A stretch of 64,000 bases of DNA, taken from assembly GCA_963706285.1 (NCBI GenBank), contig CAVPLU010000013.1:32001-96000 (forward strand), given 5' to 3'. This document shows, piece by piece, positions 52,649 to 63,521 of this stretch. Origin of the DNA: Candidatus Bathyarchaeota archaeon. Its GTDB lineage: Archaea > Thermoproteota > Bathyarchaeia > 40CM-2-53-6. The notes under the pieces are model-generated. The model was not told the origin of the DNA. It made no database searches and saw only the letters and a list, made by a program, of their open reading frames with translations. Made by a program: the position numbers and the translations under genes. The number at the start of each line of letters is the position of its first letter. Within the stretch, counting starts at the first letter, position 1.

Positions 52649-52939
52649 CTATCCTTTCTCCAATCCCTTCATGTGTTCCACAATACTATCCTGAATTTTC
52701 TTGTCAACTTCACGGTTCAAGAGAACGACTTCAATCTTGCCGATTCGTTTCTTTCTTAGGAGACCTAGTTTCACCAAGTCTTCTACATCCGACTCTACCA
52801 CGTTAGCCGTCCTTCCTATCCTACGGGCCACGCCATCCATAGTATCCATGATTCCTGGATTCTTGTGGAACAAGACGAGGAGGTCTGCTTTAACCTCCGA
52901 AGAAAGCAACCTGCTCAGTAGCTCATTTCCTTCGCTCAA
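52649..52939 (-). CDS. Winged-helix protein next to the KaiC-like gene
   Basis: FHKNPG.MDT.DGVARRIGR...LVKLGLL. Confidence 0.75.
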   Translation of the reverse strand: MSEGNELLSRLLSSEVKADLLVLFHKNPGIMDTMDGVARRIGRTANVVESDVEDLVKLGLLRKKRIGKIEVVLLNREVDKKIQDSIVEHMKGLEKG

Positions 52940-52945
52940 CTCGGG

Positions 52946-53302
52946 TCAAGACTCCTCTTCGTATCGGCGTTTGCAGTTTTCCACGTACAACTTCAAGCTC
53001 AAGTCGCTCCGTTCAGGAAACGAACAACCCCCAATCTTATTGCATAGGTTACGCGCGATCATCCGGGCCAGTACCGGAGCACCTTTGCCAAACATCTTCC
53101 CTAACGCGGTCTGAAAATCATCCAAACGGTCTGGAATCTCTTCACGCCTGACATTGAAGCTCTTCTCTAGGCAGGGGAACATAACCTCCAGTGGCCTATC
53201 TCCTAAGACTCCACGTATGGCATCATCAATGGACTCAAGTAGCAAACTGCGAAACGCTTTTGCTTCGAGATTCGCCAGGCGCAGCTCTTCTGTGCGGAGC
53301 AA
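52946..53302 (-). CDS. DUF3227/NitrOD5-like small helical protein
   Basis: ESIDDAI..LG...EIPDRLDDF..AL..MFG.GA motif. Confidence 0.6.
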   Translation of the reverse strand: MLRTEELRLANLEAKAFRSLLLESIDDAIRGVLGDRPLEVMFPCLEKSFNVRREEIPDRLDDFQTALGKMFGKGAPVLARMIARNLCNKIGGCSFPERSDLSLKLYVENCKRRYEEES

Positions 53303-53641
53303 ACACTACTGCCTGAAAGTTGGCGTTGGATTCCCTCTCGATAAAGATTGCCGCCTGCGACCGCATTGCTGACGCGATTGCGTCGGTTGGATTGCATGTG
53401 AGTTGACAGAATACTGTCTACTGCATGAGAAAGGATCGTGTCGTTGCCGAAATGAGTTCAGGCGCTACACCAATGCGTCGCTTGCTCCACGACAATGACG
53501 CCAAAAGAAGACATAGGAACAGGTAAGACAACGCTGAGCACGTTTTTTCGACTTGGCTCTAGGAGATTCATCGTCAGTATTCTCGTGTGCACCTCTGAAC
53601 AGGAACAAGGCGCTCGAAATCCTTTGTATTGACATATTTCT

Positions 53642-54055
53642 TTGTACGACCAGCCCAACCCTTATGCCACGCAAGAAGGCAATTCATCATTTGCCGGGTC
53701 GAATTCTGGCAGCGGACAATTCGTGAGTGAACCTGCACAGTTCAGGGAGGCATTGATTGAAGCTGTTGATTACGGACTGATGGTGCTGGGCGAGATTGTA
53801 AGACAAACTATCTACGGACAGATTGAGAATCATCACGCACTCAAACGTACAGAGATTCCTGAACGACTTGAAGCTTTCCATAAAGCGATGGAGAGCGTGC
53901 TCGGGGTAAATGCAAAGACGGTTGAGAAACTCATCGCCAAGAACCTCTACCAGAGACTCAACTTGCACTTCACACCGCGTCCGGAATGGACGTTGATTGA
54001 ATATCTTGACCACGCAAGGACGGCTTCTTCAAAGTCAACTCCAGTTCACGTATAG
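53642..54055 (+). CDS. DUF3227/NitrOD5-like small helical protein
   Basis: EAVDYGL..LGE...EIPERLEAF...LG..A..VEKLI..NLY..L. Confidence 0.65.
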   Translation: MYDQPNPYATQEGNSSFAGSNSGSGQFVSEPAQFREALIEAVDYGLMVLGEIVRQTIYGQIENHHALKRTEIPERLEAFHKAMESVLGVNAKTVEKLIAKNLYQRLNLHFTPRPEWTLIEYLDHARTASSKSTPVHV

Positions 54056-54076
54056 GCCTTAGGGTATGAGAAGACT

Positions 54077-56476
54077 TTGAAGAAGCGACAGAAAACGGAA
54101 AAAGGACAAATAAGAAGAAAAGGTAAGCGAGCCCAACCACATTCTGCCGCTCCGACTTCTGAAGACAAGCCACTTCAAGAGAGCGAGGAACGTTTCCGTG
54201 AGGCGATGGAGGCGACGAGTGATGGTTTGTGGGATTGGAACGTGGAGACTGGTGAGATGTACTTTAGTCCAGCTTACTATCGGATGCTTGGTTATGAGCC
54301 TGATGAACTTCCAGGCCTCAAGGACAACTTGGTTGAATCTCATTCATCCTGACGATCGGGATCAGGCTTTGCGAAGCAACCAAGACTGCATTGAGAATCG
54401 GATCCCGAACTTTCAAGATAGAATTCCGAATGAGAACCAAGAGCGGTGATTGGAAATGGATTCTAGGACGAGGAAAAGCAAGCGTCCGAGACGCGAATGG
54501 TCAAGCACTCCGAATGATCGGAACCCACGTAGATATCACCGAACGCAAACGCTTGGAGGAGGAGCTCGGGGCGAGCGAGGTACGTTTGCGGCGAATCACT
54601 GACAATATGTTGGACATGGTGGTTGAGACTGATCTTCAGGGAATCTGCAAGTATGCCAGCCAGTCACACAAGTCTGTTTTGGGATACGATCCTGAGGACA
54701 TGGTAGGCAAGTCTCTGTTTGACTTCATACATCCTGAAGACATTGACATCGTGACAGAGACTGTCCGGAGAGCCATCTCCAGCGGCCGCTTGTTGACGGG
54801 TGGAAGGTTTGAGTGTCGTTACAGACATGCTGATGGCCACTATGTCTGGCTTGAGAACCTTGCCAATTTTGTTCGTGATAAGAACGGCGAGATGGTGGGG
54901 AGCGTAATCGGCTCACGTGACATCACTGAACGCAAGCGAATGGAGGAGGAGCTTCGGCGCTATTCTACACAGTTGGAGGGGCTCGTTGCGGAGAGAACCG
55001 GCAAACTGACGGAGAGCGAGAGAAGGTTCAGAGAGTTAGCCGACCTCCTGCCCCAGATCGTGTTCGAGACAAACGAGACAGGCAATCTCACCTTTGAAAA
55101 TCAAACCGGATTCGCCATCACTGGCTATACGCAAGAAGATCTTGACAGAGGTCTCAATGCACTACAGATGTTCCCCCCGGAGGAGCAGGCCAAAGCTCGA
55201 GACCGCATCATGGGAGCGCTGGGTGGTGAGAGATCAAGCGGCACAGAGTACCGAGTACAACGGAAAGACGGCAGCACATTTCCTGCAATCATACACACCA
55301 CAGCAGTTCTCCGTGAAGGCAAAACTGTTGGCCTAAGAGGAATTGCCATAGACATCACTGACCACAAACGGGCGGAGGAAGAGATTCACGCAGCAAGAGA
55401 ACGACTGGATTACGCGGTCAAGTCGAACCCTGCTGTAATCTACTCGGGCAAACCTCTTCCAGACCGCTCCGATTTTGTCCTAACTTACTTGAGCGAGAGG
55501 GTCGTTTCGATGCTTGGTTTTGAGCCTCAGGATTTCATTGATCATCCCGAATTCTGGGAGCACCATATTCTCCCTGAAGACAGACGCCACGTTCTGGCGG
55601 GAATGCCTCGCCTCTGGAAGGAAGGACAGTTTACCGTTGAGTATCGGTTTCTGCACAAGGACGGAACCTATCGGTGGATACGTGAAGAAGCGAAGCTGAT
55701 TCGTGATGCCGCGGGCAGACCCATGGAGGTTATTGGTTACTGGACAGATGTCACCGACCGGAAACGGATGGAGGCGGAGCTTGTCAAATCTCAACGGTTT
55801 GTCACAATCGGAGAAACAGCGGCGATGGTTGGACATGACTTGCGTAATCCGCTTCAAGCCATAGTCAGCACCACTATATCTTGCGAAGAGAGAGCTGGAA
55901 AGTCTGCCTGAGCCCAGCAGGGAAACCGCGGTGAAGCCGAGTTTAGTCGAGATGTTGGAGACGATTGAGAGCGAGGCGTATTACATGAATAAGATCGTCT
56001 CCGACCTACAGGACTACGCCACACCATTTAGGCCAGAACCCAAACCAGTTCAAATGGGATCACTTTTCAAAACTACATTATCGACGATACATATCCCGCA
56101 GAACATCAAGGTCTCATTCATGGTCGATGAAGCATTGCAGACCGTGATGGTCGACCAATTCATATTGAGGAGGATCTTCACGAACTTGATCACGAACGCC
56201 ATACAAGCCATGCCGGACGGAGGAGAATTGGGAATAGACGTGTACGGAACGGATGAATTCCTGTTCATTGCATTCAAAGACACGGGCATGGGTATACCGG
56301 AAGAGAACATGGATAAGCTGTTCAATCCGTTCTTCACCACAAAGGCGAAGGGACAAGGACTCGGATTGCCCGTCTGCAAGCGCCTGGTGGAAGCGCACAA
56401 CGGCAGAATAACCGTCGAAAGCAAGCCTGGAGAAGGTTCCACGTTCACGGTCAAGGTGCCGCTTATCAAGCCATGA
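54077..56476 (+). CDS. Cytoplasmic four-PAS histidine kinase (apparent frameshifts ~54328, ~54415, ~55875)
   Basis: PAS/PAC repeats, GHDLRNPLQ, NAIQAM, PFFTTK, GQGLGL. Confidence 0.88.
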
Positions 56477-56489
56477 TGGGGGTGACAAC

Positions 56490-56949
56490 TTGGAGAAGAA
56501 ACGTATTCTAGTAATCGACGATGACGAGGTCGTCCGGAAGAACTTCAAAGCAATCCTCGAACTTGAAGGCTACAATGTGGACACCGCAGTGACAGGAAAA
56601 GAAGCGATCGAGAAATCCAACGCAAACTTCTACAATCTCGCGTTGATTGACATCCGCCTTCCGGATATGGAAGGCACACAACTCCTCACCACGATGCGAG
56701 AGACTATTCCCAAAATGGTGAAGATAATCGTCACAGGCTACCCGTCGCTGGAGAACGCTAAGGATGCTGTCAACATGAGCGCGGACGGCTACGTGGTCAA
56801 ACCAATAATGGACACGGACGAATTCCTCCAGAAATATCAAGGAGCATTTGAAGAAGCAGGATGAGGCACAACGGTACAGTGAACAGAAGGTCGCAGAATA
56901 CATCGAATCGCGCGTGAAGCAGGAAGAAACCCGAAAGACCAAGAATTGA
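56490..56949 (+). CDS. Response regulator (apparent frameshift ~56835)
   Basis: VIDDD, IDIRLPD, ADGYVVKP; tail YSEQKVAEYIESR in another frame. Confidence 0.88.
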
Positions 56950-57095
56950 AGACAGACAACTACTCGGATCGTGATTCGATAGATCGCACGTACCTCAGAT
57001 TTCGATTCTCGTGATAGGCACAATTCGAATTGTCATTGAACCGGTTCCTCTATGTTATTTGCTCGATAAGCACGAGAGATGTTAGACATTCGAGG

Positions 57096-59161
57096 ATGGG
57101 GATTCAGGTGTCTCAGGGTGTGTCCAATACTGGATCGAAGTTGCCTCTTGTTGCAACAATCGGTTTTGTCATCGTTACGGGAATCAGTGTGATTGCAGGT
57201 CTAGGTTGGATCACAGGTCAACTTGTCTTCGCACAGATCTTGCCTGGATATCTTCCAATGGCTCCGTTCGCGATCACTGTTCTCCTTGTTGCTGTGTGTG
57301 TCGTATTTCTTGTATGATTGGAGACCGAATTTTCCCTGGATTCGAGTTGGAGCAGGAGTTGGTGCGCTTTTTGTGGCAATAGTGAGCTCTGTGATTCTGA
57401 TGCATTTCCTGACTGATGTGGGGCTTGACATCGAGGCATCGTTTTTCTCGAACTTCGAGAGCCTCAGAGGATACCCGATTGTCAACATATCTCCAATTGC
57501 TGCAGCCTTGCTTCTCCTGGGCGCTCTCGCCCTCATCCTGCTAGTCTCGACTCCAAGGAGGTTGGTGAGAAGCTGCGTTGCTGTGTGTGGCATGTTCGTC
57601 GGTTTCATTGGGTTCGTGATGACTGTCGGCTACGTTTACAATGCTCCTCTGCTGTACGGAAGCTCCATTAGACCGGTTGCGTTTCCCGCCGCGCTCGCCT
57701 TCCTGTTCTTGGGAATGGGAATCTGGGCGTCTGCTGGGCCGGACTGTTGGCCCACGCATGAGCTGACTGAAGATTCGGTGAGGGCTCGACTCTCGCGGGC
57801 ATTTCTTCCGACCACATCCTTGATTCTGGTTCTTTTCGTTATGTTTCAGGCTTTGATTGCTCGGGATATCGCAGGCGCGGCTTTGTTGGGATCTTTAGCA
57901 CTGCTGGGATCATTGGCTGGTATGATTGTGATTGTCTGGAAAATGGCCCGTGGAATTGGAGGTGATGTCGACCGAGAGGTCGGCGAACGCAAGAAGGCAG
58001 AAGCGGCACTGGCAGGAACACTTGAACAGCTGCAAAAGAGTGAAGGTCAATTGAGAGCCTACTCGGAGCATCTGGAAGAACTCGTTAAGGAACGGACTAG
58101 AGGGCTCTCGGAAAGCGAGAAGAGATTTCGAGAACTAGCTGAACTGCTCCCTGGAATCATCTATGAGACTGACGCGAATGGAAACCTCACATTCATGAAC
58201 CGTACCGGACTTTCGCTGATCGGCTACAATGATGATGACATCAAGAAGAACTTGAACCAGTTGCAACTGTTTGCTCCGCAGGAGCGAGGACGCGATGCTG
58301 GAGCACCTCCGACGAACGGTGGCAGGTGAAGCCTTGCCTCCCCATGAACACACTGCGATGAGAAAAGACAGCACCACTTTCCCGGTCCTCATGCATTCGA
58401 CTCGCATCACGCAGAAAGGCAGAGCTGTAGGCGTGAGAGCGATTGCGATAGACATTACCGACCGAAAACGAGTCGAGCAAGAACTCACCATATCTCGACG
58501 CATGGCGACCATCGGCGAAACTGCAGCCATAATTGGACACGACCTAAGGAACCCGCTTCAAGGAATCTCCACAGCCACGTACATACTCAAGAAGAAACTG
58601 GAACCGTCCCCCGACGAGGAAACAAGAAGGATGCTCTCAACAATTGAAAAGGGGATTGAACGCTCAGAAAGCATCATCGCAGGCCTCCTGGACTATTCAA
58701 GGGAGATGAGACTGGAAACGACCGAGACCGATTTGAATTCGTTGACGTCTGAAGCGCTATCGCTCGCCAGAGTCCCAGAAAATGTGCGAGTGCTCAACCT
58801 AACCGATAGCAATCTAAGAATCATGGTTGACAGGCAAAAGATCACAAGAGTGTTCCTCAACATCATCACGAATGCTATTGAAGCAATGCCCGAGGGAGGC
58901 ACCCTCACCGTTACGACCAAGCAATCCAACTCTAACGTGGAACTGATGTTCTCAGACACAGGAGCAGGCATGACAGCGGAGGTTATGAAACAGATCTGGG
59001 AGCCTCTCTTCACAACCAAATCCAGGGGAATTGGATTGGGCTTACCAGCCTGCAAACGCATAGTCGAAGCCCATCGGGGCACAATCTCCGTCGAAAGCAC
59101 CCCCGGAAAAGGGTCAACGTTTATTGTCAACCTACCGAAAATAGTAAAGGCAGAGGCATGA
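57096..59161 (+). CDS. Membrane PAS histidine kinase (apparent frameshifts ~57290, ~58285)
   Basis: TM region similar to the 43788-46934 kinase, PAS, GHDLRNPLQ, NAIEAM, GIGLGL. Confidence 0.87.
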
Positions 59162-59167
59162 AATGTC

Positions 59168-59623
59168 TTGACCGGGAAGCCTCGAATTCTAGTTATTGAC
59201 GACGATGAAACCATAAGAGAGTCAATGTCCACCCTACTCCGGCGGGAAGGATACGTTGTCGATACCGCTGAAACCGGAAAGGAAGCCATAGCAGCCAGCA
59301 CCGCGAATTTCTACAATCTCGCTATCATCGACATACGACTACCCGACATGGAAGGCGTAGAACTCCTGACAGCGATGAAGGAAACTGTCCCGAAAACGGT
59401 CAAGATCATTGTCACAGGTTACCCATCCATCGAAACAGCGATCAACGCTGTCAACGATGGCGCCGATGGATACTTGACGAAACCCTTCAAAAGCCAAGAA
59501 CTCCTGGACAAAGTGGCGGAGCATCTGAAGAAGCAAGAGCAAGCAGCGAAGTACAGTGAAGAGAAGGTCGCCGATTTCATCCGGTCCAGAGCAAGGGAAC
59601 TGGATACAGCAACGAAAACCTGA
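59168..59623 (+). CDS. Response regulator
   Basis: VIDDD, IDIRLPD, GADGYLTKP. Confidence 0.92.
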   Translation: MTGKPRILVIDDDETIRESMSTLLRREGYVVDTAETGKEAIAASTANFYNLAIIDIRLPDMEGVELLTAMKETVPKTVKIIVTGYPSIETAINAVNDGADGYLTKPFKSQELLDKVAEHLKKQEQAAKYSEEKVADFIRSRARELDTATKT

Positions 59624-59679
59624 GTCATGACTCCTTGGCTCAGGAATACCGTTGTGAATAGACCGTTAAAGACCTGCAA

Positions 59680-59959
59680 ATGGCCATAATAGATACAGCT
59701 CCGCACGCTCGGCGCTGAAACGAGACAGTTGATCTACACGCGCGTGAAGAATCGTTGGCAGCTTGGACATGAAGACATACCCGCAAACCTCAAACATTTC
59801 GATGGAGCTCTAGGAGACTTGCTAGGTCGAGAGGCCAAGATACTTCTCGACGAAATGTTCACCAGCAGTCTTTATCACAAACTCGGCCTCACCCTGAAGC
59901 GTCGCGTTGATTGGACATTCCCGACCTATGTCAACAATGCGTCCAAACAACTGAAATAG
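59680..59959 (+). CDS. Third DUF3227/NitrOD5-like paralog (5' end disrupted; start approximate)
   Basis: EDIPANLKHF...LG..A..L....LYHKLGL...WTF..YV. Confidence 0.55.
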
Positions 59960-60231
59960 CAACTCTGCTGTGCGAGATTCACAGGGCGCCAGACTGGCGA
60001 CGCCACGACATATCTTGCATTTTGAATACGTGGATTTCTGCGGACACGCCGGTAGCCTGTCGGAGAATTAGATCGATTCGCTATTTCGACTTCAAACTTT
60101 GGATCTTAATGACTCAAGCGCCTTCTTGGACACATCTCCACGAGCGACTCCTAGCATGAGAGATCGTATCCCGCCTTTCTCAGAATGAGAAATCTCAAAG
60201 CGGCACCTCTTTCCCGGAAAGCGACCCCTCT

Positions 60232-60429
60232 GTGGAGGATGTGATCAAGCACCATGCTAGCGGTCCTCCACTAGACGGCAACAAGTGCAATCTTCTACCG
60301 TGGAATCTAGCTGCGCTCTGCCAGAGATGCCACTACCAAGTTCAATGGACACTAGACTTCTGCCAATCCACACTCACGGATAACTACCCTCAGTGGATGC
60401 GGATCCACGTTAGAGCGTACAACGCGTGA
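60232..60429 (+). pseudogene. HNH endonuclease fragment
   Basis: HH...DGNK.N...NLAALCQRCH. Confidence 0.6.
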
Positions 60430-60720
60430 GCGCGAACGAAAGGACGCACCCGACTCATCTTGGCCGAATGAAACAAGGACGATGGTTCTGGCGCTTTGCA
60501 GTGCGGCCGTTTCATTGAAAAATCTGGAGGGTTACGCGGTTAGAGACGAAGCTAAGTGAGTCATGACTAGGTTAGCCTGAAGACTAGCTTGATGGGTTTT
60601 CAGGTCTCAGGTTTCTTCGACGGTCTCACAAAAACGATTGCGACGTTCAGGATGCACGTTTGGAGATAGATAAGAAAAAATTGAGGAAATTCTGGTCAAT
60701 ATCGGTTCTAGGCTGTTTGC

Positions 60721-60873
60721 CTAGTACCTGCGGTGCTTCTGGTAGCATTCTCTACAGTAGACTGGTTTGCCCGCAGTAGGCACAAACGGTACTTCCGTAT
60801 CTGCGCCGCAGTCGGCGCATTTGACTTTCGTCATTTGCCTCGGGGGACCAGACCGTCGATTCTCATAACCCAT
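60721..60873 (-). CDS. CxxC-x17-CxxC small Zn protein (50 aa, not in ORF track)
   Basis: MGYENRRSGPPRQMTKVKCADCGADTEVPFVPTAGKPVYCRECYQKHRRY. Confidence 0.88.
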   Translation of the reverse strand: MGYENRRSGPPRQMTKVKCADCGADTEVPFVPTAGKPVYCRECYQKHRRY

Positions 60874-61029
60874 ATTTGCATTCCACCGTCCCTATTCTCT
60901 AGTTATACGAAAGATAATACTCGCCGCGATAATCGGCACGAGCCACGACAGCCCTCCCGTCATCCACGCAGGTAAGATCTCCAGTATACCGTCCGCGCAA
61001 GAGCCAAGACGTCTATAAAAAGTGACCCA

Positions 61030-61315
61030 ATACTTGTGGCTGTGGAATGAATGGTAACGTCTCAATCCGTTTGTATCGGGGTCTGTTGAATGGAATCATC
61101 AGGTGAGCGTAGAAACGTGATGCGTCTTCCAGGAGCTTTGTTTTGCGGTTCTCGCCTGGTTCGACGTTACTAGGTAGGATTTGACGGACTCTGGGTCTAG
61201 AAGGTTTGTTTTTCTCGCGAGGCCTTTAGGGCTCGGACCCAGGTTTGGATTGTAGAGTTTCTGTATTCTGTTTTTGCATCCAGAAGGCGAGCTGGAGGAT
61301 TTCGCTGAGCACGTG
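61030..61315 (-). pseudogene. Tyrosine integrase N-terminal remnant just 3' of tRNA-Leu
   Basis: Frameshifted EILQLAFWMQKQ/YRNSTIQTWVRALK/LLDPESVKSYL/GENRKTKLLEDASRFY...PRYKRIETLPFIP. Confidence 0.65.
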
Positions 61316-61368
61316 GGGTTCGATTTCCTGGGTATATCGAGATCCGATGCGGTGGGTGGAGCTCAAAG

Positions 61369-61517
61369 TGCGGGGGGTGGGATTCGAACCCACGAAGGCC
61401 TACGCCACGGGATGACTCACCCGCGCTGTGGGCTTGGTCTTGAGTGTGGCGCGCGTGGTCAGGACGCGACCCGCCCATCTAGCCAGACGCATGTTGACCT
61501 GGCTCTGGGACCCCCGC
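61369..61517 (-). tRNA. tRNA-Leu(CAA) with three BHB introns: 21/22 (61479-61493), 30/31 (61446-61469), 37/38 (61414-61438)
   Basis: Spliced GCGGGGG-TC-CCAG-AGCCAGGTCAA-ATGG-G-CGGGA-CTCAAGA-TCCCG-long variable arm-GTGGG-TTCGAAT-CCCAC-CCCCCGC-A; CCA not encoded. Confidence 0.92.
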
Positions 61518-61634
61518 GTTTCATTGACACGAGCGATCTGCATTCTTCAGCTAAAGGCTTACCGCTACCGTGACAGTTGTCCATTCGAGCGGAACAGTAT
61601 CCTGACAAGAATTGGATGAAAACCGCGAGCGTCG

Positions 61635-61943
61635 TTAGAGGAGTTCGATCTCGATAAAAACGTCTTCGGGTGTTCGTATGCGCATCAAGCGCTTGAGAAA
61701 TCTCTCGTTCGGGTCTACGTCGATTAGGCGCTTATGGATTCGCATCTCCCACTTGTCCCACGTGTTTGTGCCTTGGCCACAGGGACTCTTACGAGTTGGC
61801 ACGTTCAGTTTCTTCGTTGGAAGCGGTATCGGGCCGCGGAGTTTCACGCCGGTCTTTTCAGCGATCTTAGTGATTTCTCCACAGATCGAGTCTAGCCCCT
61901 GAGGGTTCGTGCCAGACAACCTGATGCGGGCTTTGTTAACCAT
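61635..61943 (-). CDS. rpsJ: 30S ribosomal protein uS10
   Basis: [24 protein letters not shown]. Confidence 0.97.
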   Translation of the reverse strand: MVNKARIRLSGTNPQGLDSICGEITKIAEKTGVKLRGPIPLPTKKLNVPTRKSPCGQGTNTWDKWEMRIHKRLIDVDPNERFLKRLMRIRTPEDVFIEIELL

Positions 61944-62016
61944 TGGGGTCTATCCTCCACGCTAACCGGAAACACAGCAAGAACAGCTGAGGCCTATAAA
62001 GGTTCAGAGTTTGCGT

Positions 62017-63330
62017 TTATGCTTTCTCTGTGATCTGTGCGACGACGCCGACTGCGACTGTGCTGCCCATGTCGCGGATCGCGAATCTTCCCAGTTGCGG
62101 AATTTCGGAGTAGGACTCGATCGGTAGTGGCCTTACAGGGCGTAGCTTGACGAGTGCAGAGTCACCGGTTTTGAGGAACGACGGCTTCTCTTCAACAATT
62201 TGCCCGGTTCGTGCGTCGATCTTCTGCAATAGTTCTGTGAATGTGACGGCCATCGTGGCTGTGTGAGTGTGCATTACTGGGGTGTAGCCTGCTGCGATCG
62301 CTGTTGGGTGGAAGACGACTATGATTCTGCCAATGAATTCTTTTGCAACGGTCGGTGGTGCGTCGGTCTTTCCGACCACGTCGCCTCGATGAACGTCTGT
62401 CTTTGTGATTCCTCGTACGTTGAATCCGATGTTGTCGCCTGGAATTGCCTGCGGAATCTTCTCGTGGTGTGTCTCGATGTCTTTACACTCACCCTTCACG
62501 CCGGAGGGCATGAAGATTAGACTATCACCGGTCTTCATTACGCCGGTCTCTACTCTTCCGACGGGAACGGTTCCAACTCCAGTGATCGTGTAAACGTCTT
62601 GGACAGGAATGCGGAGCGGCTTGTCGAGTGGCTTCGGCGGTTCCGTGAAGGTATCCAGAGTCGCAAGGAGTGTTGGTCCTTTGTACCATGGCATCTTCTC
62701 GCTCGGCTTCGCCAGATTGTCCCCGGTCCAGCCTGAGACTGGAATGATCGTAATCTTGGATGGATCGTATCCAACAACTTTCAGCAGGTCGCTGACTTCT
62801 TTCTTACATTCTTCGAAACGTTCCTGACCCCAATTGATAGAGGCGTCGTCCATCTTGTTGATGGCGACTGCAAGTTGGGCGACTCCAAGGGTTCTTGCGA
62901 GGTATGCGTGCTCGCGTGTCTGACCTCCTGGGCCGACACCGACTTCGAACTCTCCCTTCTTACCCGAGACAACGAGGATCGCGGCATCTGCTTGACTTGT
63001 GCCGGTGATCATGTTCTTGATGAAATCTCGGTGACCTGGCGCGTCTATGATTGTGAAGAATATCTTTGGCGTCTCGAACTTCTCAAATCTAAGATCTATG
63101 GTGACGCCTCTTTCTCTTTCTTCTTTGAGTGTGTCAAGGACCCAAGCGAACTTGAAGGTCTCGCCTACGCCCAGTTTGTTTGACTCATCAGCGTACTTCT
63201 TGATGGTCTTATCATCGATGTTACCGGTCGCGTATAGCAGGTGACCAGTCATTGTACTCTTTCCATGGTCGACGTGACCGATGATGATCAGGTTCAAGTG
63301 AGGCTTCTTTGCCGACACGAAATCATCCAT
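62017..63330 (-). CDS. tuf: Elongation factor 1-alpha
   Basis: GHVDHGKST, DAPGHRDF, NKMD, GRFAIRDMG. Confidence 0.98.
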   Translation of the reverse strand: MDDFVSAKKPHLNLIIIGHVDHGKSTMTGHLLYATGNIDDKTIKKYADESNKLGVGETFKFAWVLDTLKEERERGVTIDLRFEKFETPKIFFTIIDAPGHRDFIKNMITGTSQADAAILVVSGKKGEFEVGVGPGGQTREHAYLARTLGVAQLAVAINKMDDASINWGQERFEECKKEVSDLLKVVGYDPSKITIIPVSGWTGDNLAKPSEKMPWYKGPTLLATLDTFTEPPKPLDKPLRIPVQDVYTITGVGTVPVGRVETGVMKTGDSLIFMPSGVKGECKDIETHHEKIPQAIPGDNIGFNVRGITKTDVHRGDVVGKTDAPPTVAKEFIGRIIVVFHPTAIAAGYTPVMHTHTATMAVTFTELLQKIDARTGQIVEEKPSFLKTGDSALVKLRPVRPLPIESYSEIPQLGRFAIRDMGSTVAVGVVAQITEKA

Positions 63331-63521
63331 CCGTTCCCGTATTAGATTTGTAGAGTAGAATCGATCTCATCTATTTAAGGGTTCGACACGATCCCGGCCG
63401 TTTCCGAAACCAGAATCGATGAATCTCTCAAACTCTTGTCGGAACATGCGCCTAGAGCGAGAAAACTACTCCGAACAATCATTCACGAAAATGAAACGAA
63501 GAGAAGTTCAGCTCAGTTGCT

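Noticed and set aside
11972-59161. Many frameshifts (ecfT, amidohydrolase, PNPOx-like, esterase, response regulators, kinases, KaiC-like, GH130 end) as further introns or programmed frameshifting
   Set aside because: Those I inspected are repaired by removing one base and show no BHB fold or slippery site. The pattern fits read insertion errors; true pseudogenes cannot be excluded without reads.
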